NCBI GenBank assembly: GCA_958426425.1
Contig: CATZYY010000002.1
Span: 920 to 64,919, forward strand
Length of the DNA stretch: 64,000 bases
Direction: 5' to 3'
From: an uncultured Oscillospiraceae bacterium
Lineage (GTDB): Bacteria; Bacillota; Clostridia; Oscillospirales; Oscillospiraceae
A program made the position numbers and the translations under genes. Below, piece after piece: positions 38,408 to 48,271 of this stretch (position 1 is the first letter of the stretch; every line of letters begins with the position of its first letter). The notes under the pieces are model-generated. The model was not told where the DNA came from. It saw only the letters and a program-made list of their open reading frames with translations, and did no database searches.

Positions 38408-38902
38408 TTATGTTCTGTCCTCTGTCTGCTCCGGCGCGGCGGAAATGCCCACGACTTTTTCCAGGGCGTTGAGAATATTTTCATAGCCCGTGCAGCGGCA
38501 GAGATGGCCGGAGATTCGCTCCCGAAGCTCCTCCCGGGTATACCTCCGCCCGGAATTCACCAGCTCCACGCCTGTGAGAACCAGTCCCGGCGTGCAAAAG
38601 CCGCATTGAACGGCGGCCTCCTCCACAAAGGCCTTCTGGACCGGATGAAGTTCTCCGCAATCGGTCCGCAGGCCCTCCACTGTCAGGATTCGCTTGCCTT
38701 CCGCCCACACCGTAAGATAGATGCAGCTGTTGACGGCCTTGCCGTCAATGAGCACCGTGCAGGCGCCGCACTCGCCTGCCTCGCATCCCTTTTTCACACT
38801 GGTGAGGCCCAGCCGCTCCCGCAGGGTATCGGTAAGGCTCTCTCCCTCTTCCACGGCCACTTCTCGAGCCTGGCCGTTGACTGTCATATGAACGATCTTC
38901 AT
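38408..38902 (-). CDS. xdhC: Xanthine dehydrogenase family 2Fe-2S subunit
   Basis: GCEAGECGACTV, QCGFCTPG, CRCTGY. Confidence 0.9.
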   Translation of the reverse strand: MKIVHMTVNGQAREVAVEEGESLTDTLRERLGLTSVKKGCEAGECGACTVLIDGKAVNSCIYLTVWAEGKRILTVEGLRTDCGELHPVQKAFVEEAAVQCGFCTPGLVLTGVELVNSGRRYTREELRERISGHLCRCTGYENILNALEKVVGISAAPEQTEDRT

Positions 38903-39783
38903 CCCAACTCTCCTCCAGCGTTTTCAATGGCCCGGCGCAGCGCCCGGCTGCCCAGTTCCCGGATCAGCTGCTCCCGCAGCTCTTTGGATGCCCGCCAGCT
39001 GTCCCGGGGGGAGAGCTGACGCAGCACCGTGGAGCGGAGCAGGCGCAGCGCCTCCTCATCCGTCTTCATTCCGGCCAGCCGGGACTCTGTCTCATAGCAG
39101 CGCTTGGGAACCGGGGCCGCCACGCCGTACGCAATGGCCGCCCGTTTGATGCGCGTCCGGTCCTCTGTCAGCTCCACGTTGACCGCACAGCCAAGGGTGG
39201 AGATCTCCATGGCGTTGCGCTGGCCGAATTTCAGATAGCACCCGCCGCAGTTCTGATAGGAATCGGGGGAAATGCGGATGCGCAGCAGCAGCTCGTCCTC
39301 CCCCAGTACCGTCCGGCCGGGGCCGGTATGGAATTGGCACACCGGGATGCGGCGAATACCCGCCGCGCCCATCACTTCCAATTCCGCGTCCAGCGCGTAG
39401 AGGGCGGGGGCAGAATCCGCGCTGACGGCGCCATTGCAGAGATTGCCGCCGATGGTGGCCATCACCCGGATCTGGGGGCTTCCCACCTGGTGGCAGGCCT
39501 CCGCCAGCATGGGCACCCGCTCCAGCAAAAGGGGATGGCGCTCCAGCGTATCAAAGGTGCAGCCCGCGCCGATGGACAAAGTCCCATCCGTCTCCAGGTC
39601 CACACCCTGAAGCTCCGGCACCTGCTGGAGGCCGATGAGAACCGCGTCCTGCAGTTTGCGCTTCTTCAGCCGAATCATCACATCCGTTCCGCCTGCCACC
39701 AGCACGGCGCCGGGATGAGCGGCCAGCAGTGCCAGGACCTCCTGCGCTGATCGGGCCTGGAACGTCTCTTTCACATCATACAC
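38899..39783 (-). CDS. xdhB: Xanthine dehydrogenase family FAD subunit
   Basis: AGGTD, QIR..ATIGGN, SADS; GTG start. Confidence 0.9.
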   Translation of the reverse strand: MYDVKETFQARSAQEVLALLAAHPGAVLVAGGTDVMIRLKKRKLQDAVLIGLQQVPELQGVDLETDGTLSIGAGCTFDTLERHPLLLERVPMLAEACHQVGSPQIRVMATIGGNLCNGAVSADSAPALYALDAELEVMGAAGIRRIPVCQFHTGPGRTVLGEDELLLRIRISPDSYQNCGGCYLKFGQRNAMEISTLGCAVNVELTEDRTRIKRAAIAYGVAAPVPKRCYETESRLAGMKTDEEALRLLRSTVLRQLSPRDSWRASKELREQLIRELGSRALRRAIENAGGELG

Positions 39784-42127
39784 AGTCCTCATCTCCTTCC
39801 TTCGGAATCAGTCCGGCATCCAAAAACGCATGGACCAGCCGCTGAGGCGTCATGGGAATTTCATAGGTTGCCACGCCGGTGGCATGGAGAATGGCATTGC
39901 GCACCGCAGGCGCCTGTGCCAGAATGGGCGGCTCCGCCAGGCCCTTGTTGCCGAAGGGGCCGGTGGGCTCCTGCGTCTCCACGAACAGCGCCTGGATCTC
40001 CGGCACGTCCATGGAGGTGGGGATCTTGTAATCCAGGAAATTGTTGTTCAGCGGGGCGCCGGTCTTCCGGTCAAAGAGCATCTGCTCCCCCAGCGCGTAA
40101 CCGATGCCCATGGCCACACCGCCATGGACCTGGGCGGCGGCCAGCTGGGGATTGATGATCGTTCCGCTGTCGTGAACGGCCCAGACCTTGTTCACCCGCA
40201 CCTTTCCAATGGGCACATCCACCTCCAGGTCCACGAAGCTGGCGCCGTAGACAAAGCAGGTGCTCAGAGCCGTGTAGGTGGATTCCGCGGTCAGATGCTG
40301 GGTATGGGTATGCTGATCGTTGATAAAATTGAAGTAGCTGCACACATGGGCAATGGAGCAGAGAACTTCTCCGGTGCTCCGAAGGACCACCTGCTCCCGT
40401 TCCAGGGCCAGCTCCGCGGCGTCCCTTTCCAGAAGCTCCCCGGCCTTGGCAAGGATCTTGTCCCGCATGAGCTCGGCGGTCTGCTTCACCGCTCCGCCGC
40501 ACACATATGTCTGCCGGGAGCCGTATGCGCCGTTATCATAGGGGGAGACATCCGTATCCTGCATGGCCTGGACCTGCAGCCGCTCCTCCGGAATGGTCAG
40601 AATCTCAGAGGCGATCTGGGCCCAGACGGTGTCCGCCCCCTGCCCCAGCTCCGTGGCGCCCATCTGCACCTGGGCGGAGCCATCCTCGTTCATGACAATC
40701 CGGCAGGCGGAGGTCTCCATGCTGGTGGGATACACGCCGGTCTTGTAGGCAAACAGCGCCATGCCCATGCCCTTTTTCAAATCCTTGGACGTTTTATTGA
40801 ACGCCTCATACTCCGACCGTTTCCGGTCCCAGTCCGACGCCTTCCGGCCCAGATCCAGACACGCGTCCAGCCCGTTGGAACAGACGGTAAATTTCCCGAA
40901 GGGATCATAGAACCCCAGCTTCTGAACATTCTTGCGCCGAAACTCGATGGGGTCCCAGCCGTGCTCCCTGGCGATGTCCTCCATCTGGCACTCCACGGCA
41001 TAGACCAACTGGGGGATGCCGTATCCGCGCAGCGCCGCCGCCGTGGGCAGGTTGGTATATGCCACGGAGGATTGGCCCGTCTGTCTGCCGGAGGCCAGGT
41101 ATGTGGCAAAGCCCACCGTAATGGCATAGGCAGTGATGGCGTGGCCGTGTCCGGCATAGGAGCCGCCGTTGGAGTTGATCCGCAGCGCCTTGTCCGTAAT
41201 CTTCCCGTCCGCGTCCACCGACGTGGCGGTGGTGATGTCCATGGCGTGGCGGGTGTGCGTGTTGACAAACGTCTCCTCCCGGGTGGGCACCACAGCCACG
41301 CACCGTCCTCCCAGCTTTTTGGAGAGGAAGGCCGCCAAAGGCTCGTACACCATGTCCTGCTTGTTTCCGAAGCCGCCGCCCATATAGGGCTTGATGACCC
41401 GCACATCCCCCAAGGGCATGCCAAGGGCGTCCGCCAGGTTCCGGCGAAGGGTGTGGGGCGCCTGGGTACCGGTGACCACCACCATCCTCCGCCCCTCCAT
41501 ATAGGCAAAGCAGGCCGTGTTTTCCAAGTGGCAGGCGTGGACCGGCGGCATACGGAAGGTCTGTCCCTTCATGCCGGCCACGGTGTCTCCCGTCTCAAAG
41601 GGGAACGTGGTAAAATGAACCTGTCCCTCCTGATCCACGGTAAAATCCATCCGGCTGAGCTCGTTGGTGGGGTACTCTTCGTGCAGCGGCGGCTGTGCGC
41701 CGATGGCCGCCTCAGGCGTCAGCACCGGCTCATACGTTTCATAGCTCACCCGCACCTTCTCCGCGGCCTGCGCGGCATGAAGCGGGGTATCCGCCACCAC
41801 GGCAGCCACATCGTCGCCATAGTAGCGGACCCGCCGGGCCAGAATAAGCCGGTCCTGAATATCCCCGTGGGCCGGGTCCAGTGATTTCGGATGGCCCGCG
41901 GTGGTAAATTGGTGGTCCGGGACCTGGAAGCACGTGAGCACCGTCACCACGCCGGGCATCTGCTCGGCTTCCTTCGTGTCCACCGCGGTTACGAGGCCGT
42001 TGGCCACGGTACTATGTATGACCTTTGCATATAATGCATCTCTGGGGATCAGGTCCTCCACATATTTGGCCGCGCCGGTGACCTTTGCCTCCGCATCCAC
42101 ACGCCGGACTGATTTGCCAATTCCCAT
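39776..42127 (-). CDS. xdhA: Xanthine dehydrogenase family molybdopterin subunit
   Basis: KVTG.A.Y, GGGFGNK, LRGYG, ELGQG, YGSR, GNKGLAEP. Confidence 0.9.
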   Translation of the reverse strand: MGIGKSVRRVDAEAKVTGAAKYVEDLIPRDALYAKVIHSTVANGLVTAVDTKEAEQMPGVVTVLTCFQVPDHQFTTAGHPKSLDPAHGDIQDRLILARRVRYYGDDVAAVVADTPLHAAQAAEKVRVSYETYEPVLTPEAAIGAQPPLHEEYPTNELSRMDFTVDQEGQVHFTTFPFETGDTVAGMKGQTFRMPPVHACHLENTACFAYMEGRRMVVVTGTQAPHTLRRNLADALGMPLGDVRVIKPYMGGGFGNKQDMVYEPLAAFLSKKLGGRCVAVVPTREETFVNTHTRHAMDITTATSVDADGKITDKALRINSNGGSYAGHGHAITAYAITVGFATYLASGRQTGQSSVAYTNLPTAAALRGYGIPQLVYAVECQMEDIAREHGWDPIEFRRKNVQKLGFYDPFGKFTVCSNGLDACLDLGRKASDWDRKRSEYEAFNKTSKDLKKGMGMALFAYKTGVYPTSMETSACRIVMNEDGSAQVQMGATELGQGADTVWAQIASEILTIPEERLQVQAMQDTDVSPYDNGAYGSRQTYVCGGAVKQTAELMRDKILAKAGELLERDAAELALEREQVVLRSTGEVLCSIAHVCSYFNFINDQHTHTQHLTAESTYTALSTCFVYGASFVDLEVDVPIGKVRVNKVWAVHDSGTIINPQLAAAQVHGGVAMGIGYALGEQMLFDRKTGAPLNNNFLDYKIPTSMDVPEIQALFVETQEPTGPFGNKGLAEPPILAQAPAVRNAILHATGVATYEIPMTPQRLVHAFLDAGLIPKEGDEDCV

Positions 42128-42155
42128 AAACGCTCCTTTCTTGCGCTGCCCGATT

Positions 42156-42629
42156 TCAAAAATTGTAATACCAATCCAGAGTGTAGGGGGTATCCTCAAA
42201 TTTTTCCAGGTAGCTGCCGTCTAAAAACTCTTCCCAATCTCGCACATAGTAGTCGCCGTTTTCGTACACCAGATTCACCTGATAGGTCATGCCCTCGATC
42301 CGGGCGGCCTGCAGGAAGGTGACCACCGCGGTATCCCGCCGATACTCTGTCATCTCCGGCCAAAAGAGATAGAGGGGGGTAATATAGGGGTAGGACCGCT
42401 CTTTCTCCCATGCGGCACAGAAATCCTCGCAGCTCATCTGCTGACGGAAATCCTCGCAGAGATAGCCATAGATTTTCTCCGGCGACGCAAAGTCCTGATT
42501 GATGGCATCCGCATAGGCCTCCGCCCGGAGCAGTGCCCGATCCTGCGTACGTTGGCTCAGCGGCAGCCACAGGAGAATGCCCCCCATAACCGCCGCCGAC
42601 ACCAGTAAAAACAAAATACGCTGCTTCAT
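42156..42629 (-). CDS. Hypothetical membrane-anchored protein (157 aa)
   Basis: MKQRILFLLVS.. N-terminal TM; ATG overlaps permease stop (ATGA). Confidence 0.7.
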   Translation of the reverse strand: MKQRILFLLVSAAVMGGILLWLPLSQRTQDRALLRAEAYADAINQDFASPEKIYGYLCEDFRQQMSCEDFCAAWEKERSYPYITPLYLFWPEMTEYRRDTAVVTFLQAARIEGMTYQVNLVYENGDYYVRDWEEFLDGSYLEKFEDTPYTLDWYYNF

Positions 42630-43570
42630 CTCTCCAGCCGGGAATACGGCACCGTGTACGCGCTGGGCATCTCCGCCTTTTTGGAGGCGAAAATCAGCGC
42701 AATGATGGTGGCGAGATACGGCAGCATCAACAGCAGCTGGCTGGGCACCGCGACGCCCAGCGCCTGAAGGCGCAGCTGCAGGGCGGAAGCCATGCCGAAC
42801 AGCAGCGCGCCCCACATGGCACGCTTGGGCAGGAACCGGGCGAAAATCACCACGGACACCGCAATATAGCCCCGGCCGCCGATGACCGACTCCGTAAATG
42901 TGTTGAGATAGGCAATGGTCATGAACGCGCCGCCCAGACCCGCATGGGCTCCGCCGATCAGCACTGCGGCATACCGGATTCCGGCCACGCTCACGCCCTT
43001 GGAGTCTGCCGCCCGGGGGTGCTCGCCAACCGCCTTGATCTTCAGGCCGAAGGTGGTCTTCTCCAGTACGAACCAAGTGACGGGCACCAGCAGGAACGCC
43101 AGGTACACCAGGATGTTATGGGAGAAGAAAATCGATCCGATCACCGGCAGATCCGACAAGACGGGAAAATGAATGGCGGAAAAGGGCTCCACCTGGGCCG
43201 GAAGCGTCCGAATGCCGAACACCACGCGATAGATATAGGCGGCCAGGCCCGTTGCCAGAATATTGAGGCCAATGGCCGCAATGACCTGGTTGGCCCGAAT
43301 GGTGATGCTGAGCCAGGCCATAATCAGGCTGAACAGGATGCCTGATACAATTCCCGCCAGAACGCCCAGCCACAGGTTGCCTGTGGCGCAGACGGCGATA
43401 AAGCCGCCGATGGCGCCCATAATCATCGTACCTTCCGTACTCAGATTCAAAACGCCGGAACGCTGGGTATAGATCTGCCCCAGCGCCGGGAACAGGATCG
43501 GCGTGGCCAGCCGGATGGTGCTGGCCAAAAGGCTCACCAGAAAGCTGAGGGAAAACACATCACTGAGCAT
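42626..43570 (-). CDS. Nucleoside ABC transporter permease
   Basis: RSGVLNL..EG, AVGEHP.AAD, GRGYIA, MLPY. Confidence 0.92.
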   Translation of the reverse strand: MLSDVFSLSFLVSLLASTIRLATPILFPALGQIYTQRSGVLNLSTEGTMIMGAIGGFIAVCATGNLWLGVLAGIVSGILFSLIMAWLSITIRANQVIAAIGLNILATGLAAYIYRVVFGIRTLPAQVEPFSAIHFPVLSDLPVIGSIFFSHNILVYLAFLLVPVTWFVLEKTTFGLKIKAVGEHPRAADSKGVSVAGIRYAAVLIGGAHAGLGGAFMTIAYLNTFTESVIGGRGYIAVSVVIFARFLPKRAMWGALLFGMASALQLRLQALGVAVPSQLLLMLPYLATIIALIFASKKAEMPSAYTVPYSRLER

Positions 43571-44636
43571 CTTTTGCCGCCTCCTTCTCTGCGTCAGCCC
43601 GCTTCTTGGTCCAGGTGGGCCGACGGAACTTGAAAATGGTTTTTGCCACCACGAAGATGATGATGAGGCCCTGCACAACATCCACTACGGAATAGGGCAC
43701 ATCCGTCATCCGCTGCATACTGGCGCCGCCCACCAGCAGTACCGCAAAAAACAGCGCAGACGCGATAATTCCCAGCGGATTCAGCTCGCCAAGCAAGGCA
43801 ATGATGTTGGAGATATCGCCGTAATTGGCCTCAATGCCGTCCAGAATGCGGTACTGGATGCCAAAGGTCTCAATCCAGCCGGCCAGACCGCTCAGCAGTC
43901 CGGACAGCAGCATGGTAATCAGGATTGTGCGGTCCACAGGCAGTCCTGCGTAAGTGGCCACCTTCTTCCCCTGACCCACCAGGTCAATTCGATAGCCAAG
44001 AGACGTGCGCCAGAAGAAGATCATGATGATCATGACAAGCACCAGCAGGAAGATGCCGCTGTGCAGACGGTACGTGCCGAAAAGGCGGGTCAGCTTCATC
44101 TCCTCCGGCACCAGCGCCGACTGGGACAGGTCGCTGGAGGGGTCCTGCATAGGTCCGTTCACCAGATACAGCAGGAAGTATGTGGCGATATAGTTGAGCA
44201 TCAGGGTGGTAATCACTTCATTGGCGTTGAATTTCACCTTCAGCAGTCCTGCAATGCCGGCCCACAGTGCGCCGGCCACCAGCGCGGCCACAAAGGACAG
44301 GGGCGTTCGAATCACCAAAGGCACATCCACATACAGCGCCACCGCTGTTGCGGCGATTGAGCCCATAATAAACTGTCCCGATGCGCCGATGTTCCAGAGC
44401 TTGGCCCGGAACGCGATGGACGTACCGAAGGCCATCAGCAAAATGGGAATCAGCTTTACAAAGACCTCGCTGATCTTCTGGGGAGAGCCGAAAGCGCCGT
44501 TGAGCATGGTGAGATACGCTTCCGCGGGGCTGTTCCCGGAAATTGCCACCAACACGGCTCCTACTGCCAGGGCCACAATCAGCATCAAAATCGTGCCGCT
44601 GACTTGTCCCACAGCGTTTTTCAGTCGTTTATTCAT
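43560..44636 (-). CDS. Nucleoside ABC transporter permease
   Basis: WNIGASGQ, NEVITTLMLNY. Confidence 0.92.
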   Translation of the reverse strand: MNKRLKNAVGQVSGTILMLIVALAVGAVLVAISGNSPAEAYLTMLNGAFGSPQKISEVFVKLIPILLMAFGTSIAFRAKLWNIGASGQFIMGSIAATAVALYVDVPLVIRTPLSFVAALVAGALWAGIAGLLKVKFNANEVITTLMLNYIATYFLLYLVNGPMQDPSSDLSQSALVPEEMKLTRLFGTYRLHSGIFLLVLVMIIMIFFWRTSLGYRIDLVGQGKKVATYAGLPVDRTILITMLLSGLLSGLAGWIETFGIQYRILDGIEANYGDISNIIALLGELNPLGIIASALFFAVLLVGGASMQRMTDVPYSVVDVVQGLIIIFVVAKTIFKFRRPTWTKKRADAEKEAAKDAQ

Positions 44637-46158
44637 TGGCGGCCACCTCCTGTCGTTTGCCCATCATCAGCGCGCCGATTGCGTAGGTGTCCGCGCTGCG
44701 AGGCAAAATTCCCATAATCTCTCCGCCGTAAATCACGGCGATCCGGTCGGAGATCTGCAGCAGCTCTTCCAGATCCGCGGAGACCACCAGGACGGCCGCA
44801 CCCTTGTTCCGGGCCTCCAGAAGTTTGCCGCGGACATACTCCGCCGCGCCCACATCCAGTCCCCGGGTGGGCTGATTGGCGATCAGCACCTCCGGATCAC
44901 CGTCGATCTCCCGGGCCAGAATGACCTTCTGCTGATTGCCGCCGGAAAGTGCCCGGGCGGTTTCATCTCCGTCAATGGCTTTGATTTGATACTCATCCTT
45001 GGCCCGCTTCCAGAAGGCGTCGATGGCCTTAAGCTGCATCAGGCCGTATTTGGCGTAGGGCGGAGTGCGGAAGCTCTTGAGAACGAGGTTGCGCTTCAGG
45101 CTCCAGTCCAGCGCCAGGCCGGTGGTATGCCGGTCCTCCGGAATATGGGAGATCTTCCGGTCGATGTATCCCCGCGGCGTGAGGTTGGTCACATTCTCCC
45201 CATTGAGGGTAAGCGTGCCCGCATCCGCCCGACGAAGTCCGGTCAGCACCTCACAAAGCTCTTTTTGACCATTGCCGTCCACACCGGCAAGGCCCAGAAT
45301 TTCTCCCTCTCGAATTTCCAGAGACACATTCTTCAATGCCGGCAGCCCCTTGTCATTTTTGGCACAGAGGTCGTGAAAGGCAAATTTCACCCCTCCCGGC
45401 TCTTTTTCCACCGGCGGGAACTGAAACAGCACGTCGCGCCCCACCATCATGCGGGTCAGCTCGTCCCGGGTAACCGTTCCGTCCAGGCGGCGGGAACCCA
45501 CCATCTTGCCGTCCCGCAGTACGGTGACCTCGTCCACGATCTCCATGATTTCCTCTAATTTGTGGGTAATCAGGATAATGGACTTTCCGTCGTCCCGCAT
45601 CTGACGCAGCGTCTCGAAGAACACCTCCGTCTCCTGAGGCGTCAAAACAGCTGTGGGTTCGTCCAAAATCAGGATCTGAGCGCCCAGATAGATGGCGGAG
45701 AGAATCTCCACCCGCTGCTGCTCGCCTACAGACAGCTGCCAGATCTTTGCGCTGGGGTCAATTCCCATCTTGTATCGGTCCGACAGCTCCGCCAATTCCG
45801 CGGCCGTCTCCTTGCTGTCCAGCAAAATGCCCTTGCGGGACTTCCGGCCCAGCATGACATTTTCCGTCACGCTCAGCGGACGGGCCAGCATAAAGTGCTG
45901 GTGCACCATGCCGATGCCAAGGTGAATGGCTTTGACCGGAGAGGAAATATCCTCCTGCCGGCCGTTGATGTAGATGGTCCCCTCCTCCTGGCGGTACAGA
46001 CCGTAGAGCACATTCATCAGCGTGGTCTTTCCGGCGCCGTTCTCGCCCAGCAATCCGTGAATGGAGCCCTTTCGCAGGTCAAAATTCACATTGTCGTTGG
46101 CTTTGACGCCGTTGAAGATCTTCGTGATGTTCCGCATACTGACTGCTAGGGTTTCCAT
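44629..46158 (-). CDS. Nucleoside (CUT2) ABC transporter ATPase
   Basis: GENGAGKTT, VHQHFML, IPEDR, LSGGNQQK. Confidence 0.94.
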   Translation of the reverse strand: METLAVSMRNITKIFNGVKANDNVNFDLRKGSIHGLLGENGAGKTTLMNVLYGLYRQEEGTIYINGRQEDISSPVKAIHLGIGMVHQHFMLARPLSVTENVMLGRKSRKGILLDSKETAAELAELSDRYKMGIDPSAKIWQLSVGEQQRVEILSAIYLGAQILILDEPTAVLTPQETEVFFETLRQMRDDGKSIILITHKLEEIMEIVDEVTVLRDGKMVGSRRLDGTVTRDELTRMMVGRDVLFQFPPVEKEPGGVKFAFHDLCAKNDKGLPALKNVSLEIREGEILGLAGVDGNGQKELCEVLTGLRRADAGTLTLNGENVTNLTPRGYIDRKISHIPEDRHTTGLALDWSLKRNLVLKSFRTPPYAKYGLMQLKAIDAFWKRAKDEYQIKAIDGDETARALSGGNQQKVILAREIDGDPEVLIANQPTRGLDVGAAEYVRGKLLEARNKGAAVLVVSADLEELLQISDRIAVIYGGEIMGILPRSADTYAIGALMMGKRQEVAANE

Positions 46159-46181
46159 GTATCATCCTCCCATCAAATAAC

Positions 46182-46221
46182 GGCATGGCCGCCCGCCCCC
46201 TTCGGGGCAGGCGGCCATGCC
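46182..46221 (-). other. Intra-operon hairpin after the BMP gene (mRNA stabiliser or partial terminator)
   Basis: ggcatggccgcc..ggcggccatgcc with no U tract. Confidence 0.55.
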
Positions 46222-46237
46222 TGTCGGTCGTCTTCGA

Positions 46238-47293
46238 TCAGACCTCAGGCAGGTCGATCTCGTCGTTATGAAGCTGTTCGTAAACCGTCTCGATGGTGGA
46301 AATCTCCTCATCGGTCAGGCGGCCCTTCACGTCATTGATCTCGGTCATGGACAGGCCGCTGTTGGCCACGTTGATCCAATAGGTCTTGGCATCGCCCTCG
46401 TTGGTGAGGAAGGCGCCGGACTCGATATCGGCAAAGATGGTCTCCAGCACGCTGCCCCACTCATACTGCAATCCGGAGAGGACATTCTCGGTTCCCAGCG
46501 TGTACTGGTCTTCCACGTTGCCCAGGACATACTGATCCTTCTCCACGGCAGCCTGAACCACGCCCAGGCCAATGCCGTCGCCGGAGTGCCAGATCACATC
46601 CACGCCGGAATCGTACATGCTGACGGCCGCCTCATAGGCGCCGGTGGTGTCGTTCCAGTCGCCGGTATAGACTTCCTGGATGTCGATATCGGGATTGATG
46701 GACCGGGCGCCGGCCTTGAATCCCTCGTGGCCGCGGGTGATCTCGCTGCCCTCACCGCCACCGATCACGCCGATCATACCGGACTCCGTGGCCAGAGCCG
46801 CCACAACGCCCATCAGATAGCCGCCGGCTTCCAGCTGAACGTCATAGCAGGCGGAGTTGGTCTGATAGCCCACGCCGCAGCCAAGCAGGAAGTAAGTATC
46901 GGGATACTGCTGGGCCACCGTGTTCACCGGCTCGGAGAACTGGTAGCCGTGGCCGATGACCACGTCATAACCGGAATCGGCATATTCGATGAGGGTGGGC
47001 TCGATATCAGAGACATCATAGATGCCCTCCACCACGCGGACCTCCACCTCATCGGCGTGGGCCTCCGCATACTCCATCATGCCCTCGTACATGGCCTGGT
47101 TGAAAGACACATCGTCCTTTTTGCCAGGAAGCACCAGCGCGATCTGCTTCTTTTCAACAGTCTCCTCCTGGGCGGTATCCTCGCTGCCGGTATCCTCACC
47201 GGAGTCGCCGGAGTCGCTGCCACCGCATCCGGACAGGCAGCTGACCGTCATGGCTACGCTCAGTCCAAGAGCCGCAAGAGTTCTCAGCTTCAT
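46238..47293 (-). CDS. BMP family ABC substrate-binding lipoprotein
   Basis: Lipobox LSGC, DDVSFNQ, GYLMG..AA, GF.AGA, GDWND. Confidence 0.92.
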   Translation of the reverse strand: MKLRTLAALGLSVAMTVSCLSGCGGSDSGDSGEDTGSEDTAQEETVEKKQIALVLPGKKDDVSFNQAMYEGMMEYAEAHADEVEVRVVEGIYDVSDIEPTLIEYADSGYDVVIGHGYQFSEPVNTVAQQYPDTYFLLGCGVGYQTNSACYDVQLEAGGYLMGVVAALATESGMIGVIGGGEGSEITRGHEGFKAGARSINPDIDIQEVYTGDWNDTTGAYEAAVSMYDSGVDVIWHSGDGIGLGVVQAAVEKDQYVLGNVEDQYTLGTENVLSGLQYEWGSVLETIFADIESGAFLTNEGDAKTYWINVANSGLSMTEINDVKGRLTDEEISTIETVYEQLHNDEIDLPEV

Positions 47294-48271
47294 AAATACA
47301 TCTTCCTTTCTCATTCGATCTTCTCTTCCATCGTTTCTCTGCGCTCACAAAGGTATTACTATTATAGAATAACATTTCATGGTATTTTGTCAAGAGAGTG
47401 GAAATTTTTTTGTAACATGTATGGATTTGTCTGATTCTGCGCAGGGTCCTTTTGTGGTTTTGTGCAACTGAAACGGGCCATAAAAGCGGCTGCCATCTGC
47501 TTTACCGTGGTATTTTCAAATATATAACGCTTAAAATGGAAGAACATTTTTAAGGTCAACTACTCGCTGAATTTTCCTCTGACTGTACATTCATCCACCA
47601 TTTTGAGCACTGCCGGACTCCCTCCTTATCCGGAATCGCTTTCTGATTTTATAAAAGAACAACACTAACGGTTTATGGAATGATACGCTAAGAGCTTCCC
47701 TGTCACTGCAGGTGAGATGCGGACAGCTAGAGAATGACTTGATACGAACCGGCTAACTCCAACCAATATACCCTGAAAAACAGCCTGATTTTGGCCGGGA
47801 TTTTCCAGAAGATCAGCTCGAATCCTCTCCCATGACGCAACCATTCCCCCACAGGCAGAAACCACGATTCCATCAGGCAGGAGAAAACCTTGATTTGAAG
47901 ACCTCTATGAGCTGCGGAATCTGGTTGAACAGGTCCACGACTTGGAACATATTCCGCAGCCCCTGGCCCCATATTCCCAAAACCGGGAGGATATCAGGAC
48001 CGTATCCACATCATTCTGCGGCATTAACAATTGCTTCACGCTATAAACCTCGTCCAGATTATGAAGTTGTCCGGGCTACCGGAAAGCTCACAGAACAGAT
48101 AGGATATAGAAAACGACAAAATTATAATAGCTCACGGAACAGGAAATTTGCCACCCCATCCCATGAGCTTCATTCTTTCAAAAATAAAATCCCCCCATGA
48201 AGCGCATGACAGACCATGCTGTCACCATTTTGGCGAGAACACATAAGGCGGCACTCCACAAGCTGCATAAT

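Noticed and set aside
36116..47293. Known gut uric-acid degradation cluster
   Set aside because: No ygeW/ygeX/ygeY/hyuA/ssnA/ygfK-like genes in the window
47400..48271. Short ORFs or mobile-element remnant in an AT-richer gap
   Set aside because: Stops in all frames examined; no transposase motif or terminal repeats recognised
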